Source: Candidatus Bathyarchaeota archaeon (lineage in GTDB: Archaea; Thermoproteota; Bathyarchaeia; Bathyarchaeales; Bathycorpusculaceae). From it: a stretch of DNA of 64,000 bases. A program made the translations under genes and the position numbers. The stretch's first letter is position 1, and every line of letters begins with the position of its first letter. Below are positions 51,322-60,029 of the stretch, piece by piece. The DNA is taken from NCBI GenBank assembly GCA_963715865.1, contig OY970280.1:1056001-1120000 (forward strand), given 5' to 3'. Below the pieces are notes generated by a model. That model was not told where the DNA came from. It did not search any database and worked only from the letters and a program-made list of their open reading frames with translations.

Positions 51322-51387
51322 GGGGGATGATGTCGCCGTCCCAGTCTGATCGGGAAAGATGAAGAATTCGAGATTTAGACAGACCCC
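51322..51387 (+). ncRNA. Box C/D guide sRNA (D' guide fits 23S rRNA Gm2251); also att copy 3
   Basis: GGGG(G)-ATGATGT(C)-CGCCGTCCCAGT-CTGA(D')-TCGGGAAAG-ATGAAGA(C')-ATTCGAGATTTAGA-CAGA(D)-CCCC. Terminal 4-bp stem. TATA-like TTTATTT about 27 bp upstream. Confidence 0.75.
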
Positions 51388-51550
51388 AAATAATTTTAAA
51401 AATTCATTGGTAGATGCAATATATCTCTTAGCAACGGGAACGGATGTGATTTAGTCGTGATCTTCGGTGAAAACGTGTTAAGCGGAGTTGTTGCGGTAGA
51501 GAAACATGCGAATCTTTCAACTAAAGAAGTGAATAGAAACAACACCTATA

Positions 51551-51967
51551 GTGGGCACACCTTACGTTGAGATGATCGCTGTCATGGCAAAGTATAATCC
51601 GTTTGCAGAAAAAGCGAGTATGCAAAAAATTGCACAACAGCAAGCGGTAGAAAGCGTTTCCATGGTTTCTCAAATGCTCTCGGAGTTGGGTTTTAATCTG
51701 CATCTCATAGGCAGTGAACGGTACGTTCGGGAAAAACTTGAAAGCTTAAACCCTCTACAAGCGAGCAAGCTCAAAGAGTCATTCATTAAGAACAAGCATC
51801 CACGATTCAAAAAAGAAATTGCAGCTAGTCGGCGTCAGCCCTTTGGAAAAACATCCGACTATGTTGAATGCATTCAGAATGCGGATGTATCGAAAATTGC
51901 GAAGCTGGTTAAGCTCGTTGGAATGCTACTGCAAACAAAGGTTTACTTGTTTTGGAAAAAACCTTAA
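51551..51967 (+). CDS. Hypothetical protein (possibly a fragment)
   Basis: GTG start, no recognised motif. Confidence 0.45.
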   Translation: MGTPYVEMIAVMAKYNPFAEKASMQKIAQQQAVESVSMVSQMLSELGFNLHLIGSERYVREKLESLNPLQASKLKESFIKNKHPRFKKEIAASRRQPFGKTSDYVECIQNADVSKIAKLVKLVGMLLQTKVYLFWKKP

Positions 51968-52180
51968 GTTTGATTCTGTGAGGCGAAACAATCGGCAAGG
52001 TGATAGGCTGAGCCAACTACGACACCAACACAGGAAGCATATTCGCGGAAGTGGACCCAAATTTGTCGTCCGTGACAGTTTTACACAAGTTTTATAAACA
52101 AAATTCAATGAAAGAGAGAGCTATTGAGCGAGAGCAAACCTTACGCTTTCGTTCAAATAAAATTTAGGAGAAAAAGAAAA

Positions 52181-54865
52181 ATGCAAATTACAAAAAGTAA
52201 AACTGCAGCTATTGCTATTGCTATATTCTTAATGCTTTCGATGTCAGCTTCAATGATGCTTGTACCAAATGCTAGTGCACATACACCTGCATGGCAGATT
52301 CCAACATATGCCTACATACAAGGTTTGCCTAACCCGGTCGGTGTCGGTCAGTCAGTGCACATTCTCATGTGGCTTGACAAGGTAATAGATGGAGCAGAAC
52401 CAACCAATGACATTCGGTTCCAGAACTACAAGCTCACCATTACTGCACCTGACGGCACAATAACAACACAAACTTTTCCTGTTTGCACAGACCCAACATC
52501 AAGTCAGGGCTATACCTATACTCCTACCCAAGCCGGCACATACAATCTCACCTTTACTTTCCCAGGACAAGTGTACACATACACCGAACCAGTCATGAGC
52601 TTCTTCGGTCCTCCCGCGCCAAGTCAATTCATAAACGATACTTATGAGGCCAGCTCTGCGTCAGCAACACTTACTGTTCAGCAAGCACCAGTAGGCATAT
52701 ATCCAACTACTCCGCTTCCGACGGCGTACTGGACGCGCCCAATATACGGTGAGAACTGGAACTGGTATACGGTTTCGTCAAACTGGCTAGGTGCAGGTGT
52801 ACCAGGCTTCGCGAGTGGTTTCCCAGGTGATGCTGTAGGTCCTCTCACTGGCCATGTCATGTGGACAAAGCCGCTTGATATGGGAGGAGTTGTCGGAGGA
52901 AACGAAACTGTTATTCAGGGAGACACATACGCCGAGGGATCTGCATACGCTACTAGATACAGCAACCCAATAATAATAGACGGGTACCTATACTACACGG
53001 AACCAATATCACTTGCGGGTACCCCAGGAATGTTCGGGGGTACGGGTTATGGACCAACCGTCTGCGTTAACCTGCAAACAGGACAACTTATTTGGTCTCG
53101 GACTGATGTACCTGCGCTATCCTTCGGTTATATCTATGACGTTCAAGACCCTAACCAGCACGGAGTTTATCCGCCAATTCTAGTTGCAAGCATTGGAGGA
53201 TCCTTCCTTGGACCTCCAGTACCGACGACATGGGAAGCTTTTGATGCATACACAGGAAACTTTCTGTTCAACGTAACCAACGTTCCCTCGGGCACAACTG
53301 TACTCGGTCCGAATGGTGAACACTTGATAATTAGCCTGACAAATGATGGACCAATGACAATGACACCTTTTGGCCCTGTTCCTAGCGGTCCACCGCAGTA
53401 TTATTTGAGTGAATGGAACTCCTCTAGACTGTGGGATAATCAATACTCAGGGCCGTCAACAACACCAAGCGTAGTTCCACCCATTACTGACGGAAACGAT
53501 CCAAGCTTATATGACTGGAACATTTCGATACCATCGCTCAACACTATGACCTCACCACCTACTATAGAAGCAGCTTTCAGTGGTAATATGTTGCTTTGCA
53601 TGAGCGGCTCTTACCCTGCTGGTCCTAGTACTTTATTCAGTGCAGCAAGCAGTGCTCCCTACACGTACTTCACTGTCAATCTCGACCCAAGTAAAGGTGC
53701 GATCGGTTCAGTACCATGGACAAATACAGTTAGCGCACCAGCAGGCAACATAACTGTCGAATTTGTCGGAGCCGATCCAACGGCTGGTGTCTTCGTTGAA
53801 TACCATGCGGAAACTTTGCAATGGGTAGGATACAGCCTGACAACAGGCAAGCAAATTTGGGGTCCAACCGGCAATCAAACAGCCCTTGACTTCTACTGGA
53901 TGGGCTGGTCTAGCATGGCCGGGCATATAGCTTACGGGAACCTCTACAGTTGCAATGGTATGGGAGGAATAATCTACTGTTATAATTTGAAAACTGGAAA
54001 CCTAGAGTGGACCTACGGTAACGGCGGCGCAGGCAACAGTACTAACAGCGGTTTACCGTGGCCTGGTCCATATCCAACTATCATATACGCTATTGCCAAC
54101 GGAGTAATATACACGATTACTAATGAGCACACTTTCGAAACACCGATTTTCAAGGGTGCATTGTCACGCGCTATTAATGCTACAACCGGGCAAGAAATCT
54201 GGACTGTTTCAGCTGCCTCAGCCTCTTCCGGATCAACTGCTATCGCAGACGGCTATGCAACATGGTTCAACGGCTATGACAACCAAATCTACGTTGTTGG
54301 CAGAGGACCCAGCGATACCACAGTACAGGCACCACTGACTCAAATTACAGCAGGCAACAAAGTAGTTATACAGGGCACAGTGATGGATATTTCTGCGGGC
54401 ACAAAGCAAACTCAGCAGGCAGCAGACTTTCCAAATGGTGTTCCAGTTGCATCTGATGCAAGCATGAATGATTGGATGGGCTTCGTTTACCAGCAACAAC
54501 CATGCCCAACCAATTTCACAGGCGTTACAGTATCAATAGACGCTATTGATCCGAACAGTAATCTCATCCACATCGGCGACGCCACAAGCAATGCAAACGG
54601 CTTATTCTACTACACTTGGACGACTCCAAACATCCCAGGGGACTACCTCGTCACCGCAACATTCGCTGGCACCAACAGTTACTGGCCGTCAAACGCACAA
54701 ACCGCCATGACCGTACAAGAAGCACCATCAGTAGCACCGACCGCTACACCTCAATCAAACCTAGCAACCACAGCAGACCTAATGACGTACATAGCCGTTG
54801 CCGCAATCGCTATAATCATTGCAATAGCCATAGCCACAGTCCTCATGCTCAGGAAACACGCGTAA
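52181..54865 (+). CDS. Large secreted PQQ-like beta-propeller repeat surface protein with C-terminal TM anchor
   Basis: Signal peptide, Ig-like N-domain, repeated WxxxxG/NATTGQEIW blades, YDNQIY, TM then RKH. ATG at 52181. Confidence 0.88.
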   Translation: MQITKSKTAAIAIAIFLMLSMSASMMLVPNASAHTPAWQIPTYAYIQGLPNPVGVGQSVHILMWLDKVIDGAEPTNDIRFQNYKLTITAPDGTITTQTFPVCTDPTSSQGYTYTPTQAGTYNLTFTFPGQVYTYTEPVMSFFGPPAPSQFINDTYEASSASATLTVQQAPVGIYPTTPLPTAYWTRPIYGENWNWYTVSSNWLGAGVPGFASGFPGDAVGPLTGHVMWTKPLDMGGVVGGNETVIQGDTYAEGSAYATRYSNPIIIDGYLYYTEPISLAGTPGMFGGTGYGPTVCVNLQTGQLIWSRTDVPALSFGYIYDVQDPNQHGVYPPILVASIGGSFLGPPVPTTWEAFDAYTGNFLFNVTNVPSGTTVLGPNGEHLIISLTNDGPMTMTPFGPVPSGPPQYYLSEWNSSRLWDNQYSGPSTTPSVVPPITDGNDPSLYDWNISIPSLNTMTSPPTIEAAFSGNMLLCMSGSYPAGPSTLFSAASSAPYTYFTVNLDPSKGAIGSVPWTNTVSAPAGNITVEFVGADPTAGVFVEYHAETLQWVGYSLTTGKQIWGPTGNQTALDFYWMGWSSMAGHIAYGNLYSCNGMGGIIYCYNLKTGNLEWTYGNGGAGNSTNSGLPWPGPYPTIIYAIANGVIYTITNEHTFETPIFKGALSRAINATTGQEIWTVSAASASSGSTAIADGYATWFNGYDNQIYVVGRGPSDTTVQAPLTQITAGNKVVIQGTVMDISAGTKQTQQAADFPNGVPVASDASMNDWMGFVYQQQPCPTNFTGVTVSIDAIDPNSNLIHIGDATSNANGLFYYTWTTPNIPGDYLVTATFAGTNSYWPSNAQTAMTVQEAPSVAPTATPQSNLATTADLMTYIAVAAIAIIIAIAIATVLMLRKHA

Positions 54866-54877
54866 GAACAGCACAAC

Positions 54878-55034
54878 CAAAAAATCCACTTTCCCCTTTT
54901 TTAGTCTCTAGAAAGCAATGGAGAAGAGATAAGGGCTGAGAAGGCTCTAGTAAAATTTACCATACAATCGTGATTAGCATTTGCATTCTTTTCTCCTAAA
55001 GAGTGTTCCAGAGCCTCAGCAAACCTCACTAAAA
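54878..55034 (+). repeat. Conserved non-coding element copy 1 (terminator-like U tract plus structured region)
   Basis: Collinear blocks shared with 59751-59931. Crossing complementary segments. Confidence 0.8.
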
Positions 55035-55217
55035 AGTCAATTATGTAAATAGATTTTCACTTTCACTTACCTCTCTACTGCTTAGCTGAGTCGTTTGTTC
55101 ACTTTCCTTTTAAGCAATCTGAACCATAAGCACGAGCCCCAAGTAGCGCGCTGGCTTGTAAAGAGAAACCTGTTAATAAATCTATAAGAATGCCTAAGAA
55201 TATGAGGACTGTTTGAT

Positions 55218-55604
55218 ATGTCTGATGGAAGATTTGTTATTCAAAAACATTCAGCATCGCATTTACATTATGATTTGCGTTTAGAGATGGATGGTGTTCT
55301 TAAAAGTTGGGCTGTACCAAAAGAACCTCCAGAAGAGACAGGGGTAAAAAGACTGGCTATTCCAGTTGAAGACCATAAACTTTCATACATAAATTTTGAG
55401 GGAATTATTCCCAAAGGTGAATATGGAGCTGGGAATGTTGAAATTTGGGACAAAGGCAACTATCTACTGAAAAAGAGAACCAAAGATGAAATTGAAGTTG
55501 AATTGTTTGGTTCTAAGATGAAAGGAACCTATGTTCTAACTAAATATGGTGATAATTGGTTATTTTTCAAGAAGAATAGTAGAGTTTCTAATGTTCCTCC
55601 TTAA
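55218..55604 (+). CDS. Stand-alone DNA ligase D 3'-phosphoesterase domain protein
   Basis: FVIQKHSASHLHYDLRLE...LKSWAVPK...VEDH...YGAG.VEIWDKG. Confidence 0.93.
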   Translation: MSDGRFVIQKHSASHLHYDLRLEMDGVLKSWAVPKEPPEETGVKRLAIPVEDHKLSYINFEGIIPKGEYGAGNVEIWDKGNYLLKKRTKDEIEVELFGSKMKGTYVLTKYGDNWLFFKKNSRVSNVPP

Positions 55605-55815
55605 GAACAAGACTTCGAGTTGATAGCCGTTGAAGATGCTGTTGCAAAGTGTTATGTGTGAAGCCTGCTTCGCCCAGAAGTGCGTTCGTCAAAAAAGTCC
55701 ATTATAGGCATAAATATATAAAAACGGACTTATAACCATTTTTAACCATTTTCGGGACAAGGCAGCGCGCTATTAAAATAATGCACCCGCGCTTAAAGCA
55801 TAACTTGCATTTACT

Positions 55816-56967
55816 TTAGCGCCCCATTGTAGACGTATCTACCTTTTTATCTGATTTGTTTAATAGTGGAGACCAGAAATCTATGGGAAATAGTGGACTC
55901 TTATCTAAGTAGAGGTCGACTTGATCAATATTCTCGAGTCGATCGGTCATCTCTTTCAATTCAAAGAAGTCGGAAAGCTCTCTCACCGCAACACCTATAC
56001 ACAGATCAAGTGGTGATGCAACAAACCTTATCGACGTGATGACGTTCGGCGTCTGCAATATTTGGCCAAGGATATCTTCTATCTTGTTTTTGTTTTTAGC
56101 TTTGATGTATATAAGAACCCAAGCAGGGTATCCGATCTTGCTTAAATCGACTACTATCGTGGAAAGTGTCAGCACGTTTGTTTTGAGTTTTTTGTATCTC
56201 TGGATTACGGTATTGGTTGATATGTTGAGTTCTTTGGCTATTTTGCTGAAGGATTTCCTAGATTCCTTTACGAGTATTGCTGCAATCTGGCGATCCAGAT
56301 CATCGATTTCCGCTTTTTTCTCGAGATCTACAGCCTCTCGTCTGGGTAGTTTCAAATCATTTTTCTCTTTTCCTAATAACAGATTTTCAGGATGTTCCGC
56401 AATGGGATGTCCCCAAATTAGTGGGTTTTCTGTGCGTTTGACATAGATGCAGGATTCTATATACTTCAATACTTGGGTAAACTCGTTCATGTTTCGACAG
56501 GCTAAAGCTGCACCAATATTGTTTTTGCCGATAGGAGGCAGGATTCTTACAACATTATAATTCATTAGTAGATATTTTTCGACTTCCTTCTCTTTGCCTT
56601 TGAACGTTTGGATTGACAAACCTGCAAAGATATCGTAACCCAAGCTGTGGGGGTTTACGAGTGTTATTTCGCCTTTTATGATGCCTTTTCTTTTGAGGTT
56701 TGCAATCCGCATTTGGGTTGCGCCAACGGTTATGCCGCATTTATGGGCGATCTCTGTTAGGCTTGTGCGAGCATCGCATAGCATCATCTTCAAAATCTTG
56801 GCATCGATTTCATCAATCGTATTTTTATTAGATGAGTTATCCAATGGTTTATCCGCCGAACCTGAATTTGATATTTCATTGGGCTGTTCAGCATTTAAGC
56901 ATATCTGTAATCTGTTTCTGACTGAACGTTTTTTAGAATTATGAGATAAAAATTGAATTATATTCAA
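55816..56967 (-). CDS. Tandem (double) Lrp/AsnC-family regulator
   Basis: Two HTH+RAM units (IDEIDAKIL...ARTSLTEIA; IDDLDRQI...SRKSFSKIAKEL). True start likely downstream of 56967. Confidence 0.88.
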   Translation of the reverse strand: MNIIQFLSHNSKKRSVRNRLQICLNAEQPNEISNSGSADKPLDNSSNKNTIDEIDAKILKMMLCDARTSLTEIAHKCGITVGATQMRIANLKRKGIIKGEITLVNPHSLGYDIFAGLSIQTFKGKEKEVEKYLLMNYNVVRILPPIGKNNIGAALACRNMNEFTQVLKYIESCIYVKRTENPLIWGHPIAEHPENLLLGKEKNDLKLPRREAVDLEKKAEIDDLDRQIAAILVKESRKSFSKIAKELNISTNTVIQRYKKLKTNVLTLSTIVVDLSKIGYPAWVLIYIKAKNKNKIEDILGQILQTPNVITSIRFVASPLDLCIGVAVRELSDFFELKEMTDRLENIDQVDLYLDKSPLFPIDFWSPLLNKSDKKVDTSTMGR

Positions 56968-56968
56968 T
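56952..56968. promoter_or_regulatory. Putative Lrp-type operator upstream of the second beta-propeller gene
   Basis: Perfect ATTGAAT-TAT-ATTCAAT, ending 21 bp before TATA TTTTATAA (56990). Confidence 0.55.
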
Positions 56969-57047
56969 AATCAGCAATTTTGGCACAAGTTTTATAAGCG
57001 ATGAGATGACAACTTTGATTTCATCAAAAAAAGGAGAATAAAAATAC

Positions 57048-59738
57048 ATGAAATTTGCAAAAAACAAAACTACAACTATTGTGATCGCTCTATTCTTAAT
57101 GTTTTCAATCGGAGTTTCAATGATGCTAGTGCCAACTGCTAACGCGCACACGCCGCCATGGCAAATTCCAACCATGGCCTTTCTCAATGTGGCACCTAAC
57201 CCTATAGGTGTCGGTCAAACACTTACCGTTAACTTCTGGCTCCAGATGCCACCACCCACAGCAGGCATTACGTATGGCGATAGATGGGAGAATATAACAG
57301 TGAAAGTTACACTGCCTGATGGAACTACTACAACACTGGGACCTTTTGCATCCGATGACACAGGAGGAACATTTACCACATACACGCCCACTCAACTTGG
57401 CAACTACACTTTCCAGATGAGTTTTCCAGGACAAACATTAGCAGGCAACAATCCTCCGCCGGCAGGCTTCGGTGTCGCAGCACCGTTTGTTGGCGATTAT
57501 TTTGGGCCTTCTGTTAGCAACACAGTAAAGGTTACAGTGCAACAGGAGCCCATGCCCTCTATTCCGCTAAATCCGCTTCCGACAAGCTACTGGACACGCC
57601 CAATAAGCGCTGAGAACAACAATTGGTACTCGATAGCCGGGAACTGGCTTGGGATGGGAGGATCCTACAACGCCAGTGGCAATTATAATCCATGGAGCAC
57701 AGCGCCAACCACCGCCCATATCCTATGGACAAAGCCTATTGCATTCGGAGGCACAGTCGGAGGAGAATTCGGCGGAAGCCTAACAAGCAACTTCTACACA
57801 AACAGGCAGTATGAAACACCGTATGAACCGATAATTATGAACGGCATCCTCTACTACACTGAATACCCCACTGGAGGATCAGCCTACATGGGATACCCCG
57901 CTAATAATCAAGGTTGGGCTGCCGTAAACTTGCAGACGGGACAAACAATTTGGACTGACGATTCCGCCAACTACGGTGGTGGTTCTCCAGAGCAGACTGC
58001 TCTAATATCAAGTGGCATATGTACGTATTTAGCTTGCGGTCAACTACTCAATTTTGTATCACCTAACCAGTACGGATGCCAAGCATTCTTATGGAGCACC
58101 GGAACCCCGGATGGAATCAATGCGGTCGCTGGGTCAACTACATGGAACATGTTTGACGCCTTTGATGGAAAGTATTTGCTGAGCATTGTTAACGGTACTG
58201 GACTGACGCTTACGGAAGATCAAAATGGAGACTTGATAGGCTACTACATTAACTTCGCTGATAACACGCTGAATATGTGGAACTCGACATGGTGCATCCA
58301 GAACTACGATAACATAACTGGAATGACAACCGGAATCAGCCAGTATACTAATCCTTGGATGTGGAGGCCTATTCAAGGTTCTCAAATTCCGTTTTCAGAT
58401 GGAATAGAATGGTCAGAACCAATAGCTACTAACTATTCAGGTAATGCTTTGCCAGGGACTCTCTGGCCTGGCGCTATTAATAGCGGTGTAATAATCATGA
58501 GCGCAAATAACGGTGCTAACGGTGGAGGCTCAGGTGGAATGGCAGGTGGAGGCATTTTCCAATCTGGATATCAAATTGAAGCAGGCTACAGTGCAGACAC
58601 GGGTGCACAACTATGGATAACTAACCGAACTGAAACACCGTACACATCGCTTGCTGGTCCTAGCTCATTTCTAGATGGATGTGGAGTCTACGTTGTAGTG
58701 AACCAAAACACGCTTACAGCAACTGGTTACAGTATTTATACAGGCGCGGAGCTGTGGACAAAAGTACTTCCCAATGCTAATACTTATGATACCTATATGA
58801 TTAGTGGAATGGTTGCTAATGGCACACTTTACATGTATGCGCTTGGAGGAGACGTGTATGCTATGAACATACAGACAGGAGCTATCTTGTGGCACTATAC
58901 TACTGGAAGCGCCGAGTATAATACTCCCTATGGTGTATGGCCAATTTGGGCGTGGAATTATCCGTCGTCAGAGGCTATTGCTGGCGGAGTGCTATTCATC
59001 AACGAGGGTCATGAGTATAGTCCACCACTATTCCGTGGCGCTCAAGTAGTAGCCTTGAACCTCACTGATGGGCAACCGATATGGAACGATCTTGGATTTT
59101 ACGTTAGTGGTGGTCCAGCTATTTCAGACGGTGTCTTGGTAATGCTCAATTCCTATGACAATCAGCTATACAGCTATGGCATGGGACCCAGCAAAACAAC
59201 GGTTACAGCACCTAGCGTTGGCGTGACAACTTCCACACCAGTAACGATAACGGGCACAGTAACTGACATCTCTGCCGGCTCACAACAAGAAGCACCAGCA
59301 GCGAACTTCCCAAATGGTCTTCCATGCGTTTCTGACGCAAGCATGACTCAATGGATGGACTACGTTTACCAGCAGCAGTCAATGCCAACCAACGCAACCG
59401 GAGTTCCAGTTACCATAAGCGTCGTTGACTCTAACGGCAACTACAGAACTATCGGCACCGCCACAAGCAATGTCTATGGGACCTACAGTTTAACTTGGAC
59501 ACCTGACATTCCAGGCAACTACACTGTCATCGCCAGCTTCGCAGGTTCAGGATCATACTATGGATCGTCCGCTACAACAGCCTTCTATGCTAGCGCTGCA
59601 CCCGCAACACCATCTCCATATCCAGTTACAGTGTTGCCTCCTACTGAAATGTACATTGGCGTAGCAGCAGTCGCAATAATAGTTGTAATAATCATCGGCT
59701 TTGCTTTACTCTTCTTAACGCTTAGAAAACGCCCATAA
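57048..59738 (+). CDS. Large secreted PQQ-like beta-propeller repeat surface protein (paralogue 2)
   Basis: Same architecture as 52181-54865 (AHTPxWQIPT, YWTRPI, SMxxWMxxVYQQQ). Confidence 0.88.
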   Translation: MKFAKNKTTTIVIALFLMFSIGVSMMLVPTANAHTPPWQIPTMAFLNVAPNPIGVGQTLTVNFWLQMPPPTAGITYGDRWENITVKVTLPDGTTTTLGPFASDDTGGTFTTYTPTQLGNYTFQMSFPGQTLAGNNPPPAGFGVAAPFVGDYFGPSVSNTVKVTVQQEPMPSIPLNPLPTSYWTRPISAENNNWYSIAGNWLGMGGSYNASGNYNPWSTAPTTAHILWTKPIAFGGTVGGEFGGSLTSNFYTNRQYETPYEPIIMNGILYYTEYPTGGSAYMGYPANNQGWAAVNLQTGQTIWTDDSANYGGGSPEQTALISSGICTYLACGQLLNFVSPNQYGCQAFLWSTGTPDGINAVAGSTTWNMFDAFDGKYLLSIVNGTGLTLTEDQNGDLIGYYINFADNTLNMWNSTWCIQNYDNITGMTTGISQYTNPWMWRPIQGSQIPFSDGIEWSEPIATNYSGNALPGTLWPGAINSGVIIMSANNGANGGGSGGMAGGGIFQSGYQIEAGYSADTGAQLWITNRTETPYTSLAGPSSFLDGCGVYVVVNQNTLTATGYSIYTGAELWTKVLPNANTYDTYMISGMVANGTLYMYALGGDVYAMNIQTGAILWHYTTGSAEYNTPYGVWPIWAWNYPSSEAIAGGVLFINEGHEYSPPLFRGAQVVALNLTDGQPIWNDLGFYVSGGPAISDGVLVMLNSYDNQLYSYGMGPSKTTVTAPSVGVTTSTPVTITGTVTDISAGSQQEAPAANFPNGLPCVSDASMTQWMDYVYQQQSMPTNATGVPVTISVVDSNGNYRTIGTATSNVYGTYSLTWTPDIPGNYTVIASFAGSGSYYGSSATTAFYASAAPATPSPYPVTVLPPTEMYIGVAAVAIIVVIIIGFALLFLTLRKRP

Positions 59739-59750
59739 AAACTGCAAAAG

Positions 59751-59931
59751 CAAAAATCCACTTTCCCCTTTTTTAGTCTTAAAAAGCAATGGAGAAGAGT
59801 TAGGGGCTGAGAAGGCTCTGGTTAAAATTCACGATGTTAGTCATAGCAATCGTGATTACGCATTTGCATTTACGTTCTTTTCTCCTAAAGAATGTTCAAG
59901 TTCCCAGAGCCTCAGCAAACCCTTACTAAAA
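59751..59931 (+). repeat. Conserved non-coding element copy 2
   Basis: CAAAAATCCACTTTCCCC...GCAATGGAGAAGAG...GCTGAGAAGGCTCT...AATCGTGATTA...CTTTTCTCCTAAAGA...CCAGAGCCTCAGCAAACC. Confidence 0.8.
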
Positions 59932-60029
59932 TGTAAACTATTGGTGACATAGACAAGTTACTAATATTCAAATTAATAAAACTCAGCTGCACTGTAACAA
60001 TAGTTACCCAAGTATAGGAGCTAAAAAAA

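Larger units (their letters stand above)
44341..51350. mobile_element. Composite integrated island (two tandem segments) bounded by direct repeats of the C/D sRNA 5' half
   Basis: Three direct att-like copies (44347, 47139, 51322), relBE, orphan ORFs and a tyrosine-integrase remnant next to the right copy. Confidence 0.7.

Noticed and set aside
44347-51350. Repeated 22-29 bp motif as a CRISPR repeat
   Set aside because: Copies are 2.8 and 4.2 kb apart, with no spacer periodicity and no cas genes.
51322-51387. att core as a tRNA 3' end on the minus strand (ends CCCCCA)
   Set aside because: No T-loop, D-arm or 7-bp acceptor stem. The plus-strand C/D reading explains every segment.
52181-59738. 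Annotation as PQQ-dependent dehydrogenases
   Set aside because: Only propeller repeats are evident, and no PQQ biosynthesis or cytochrome genes are in the window.
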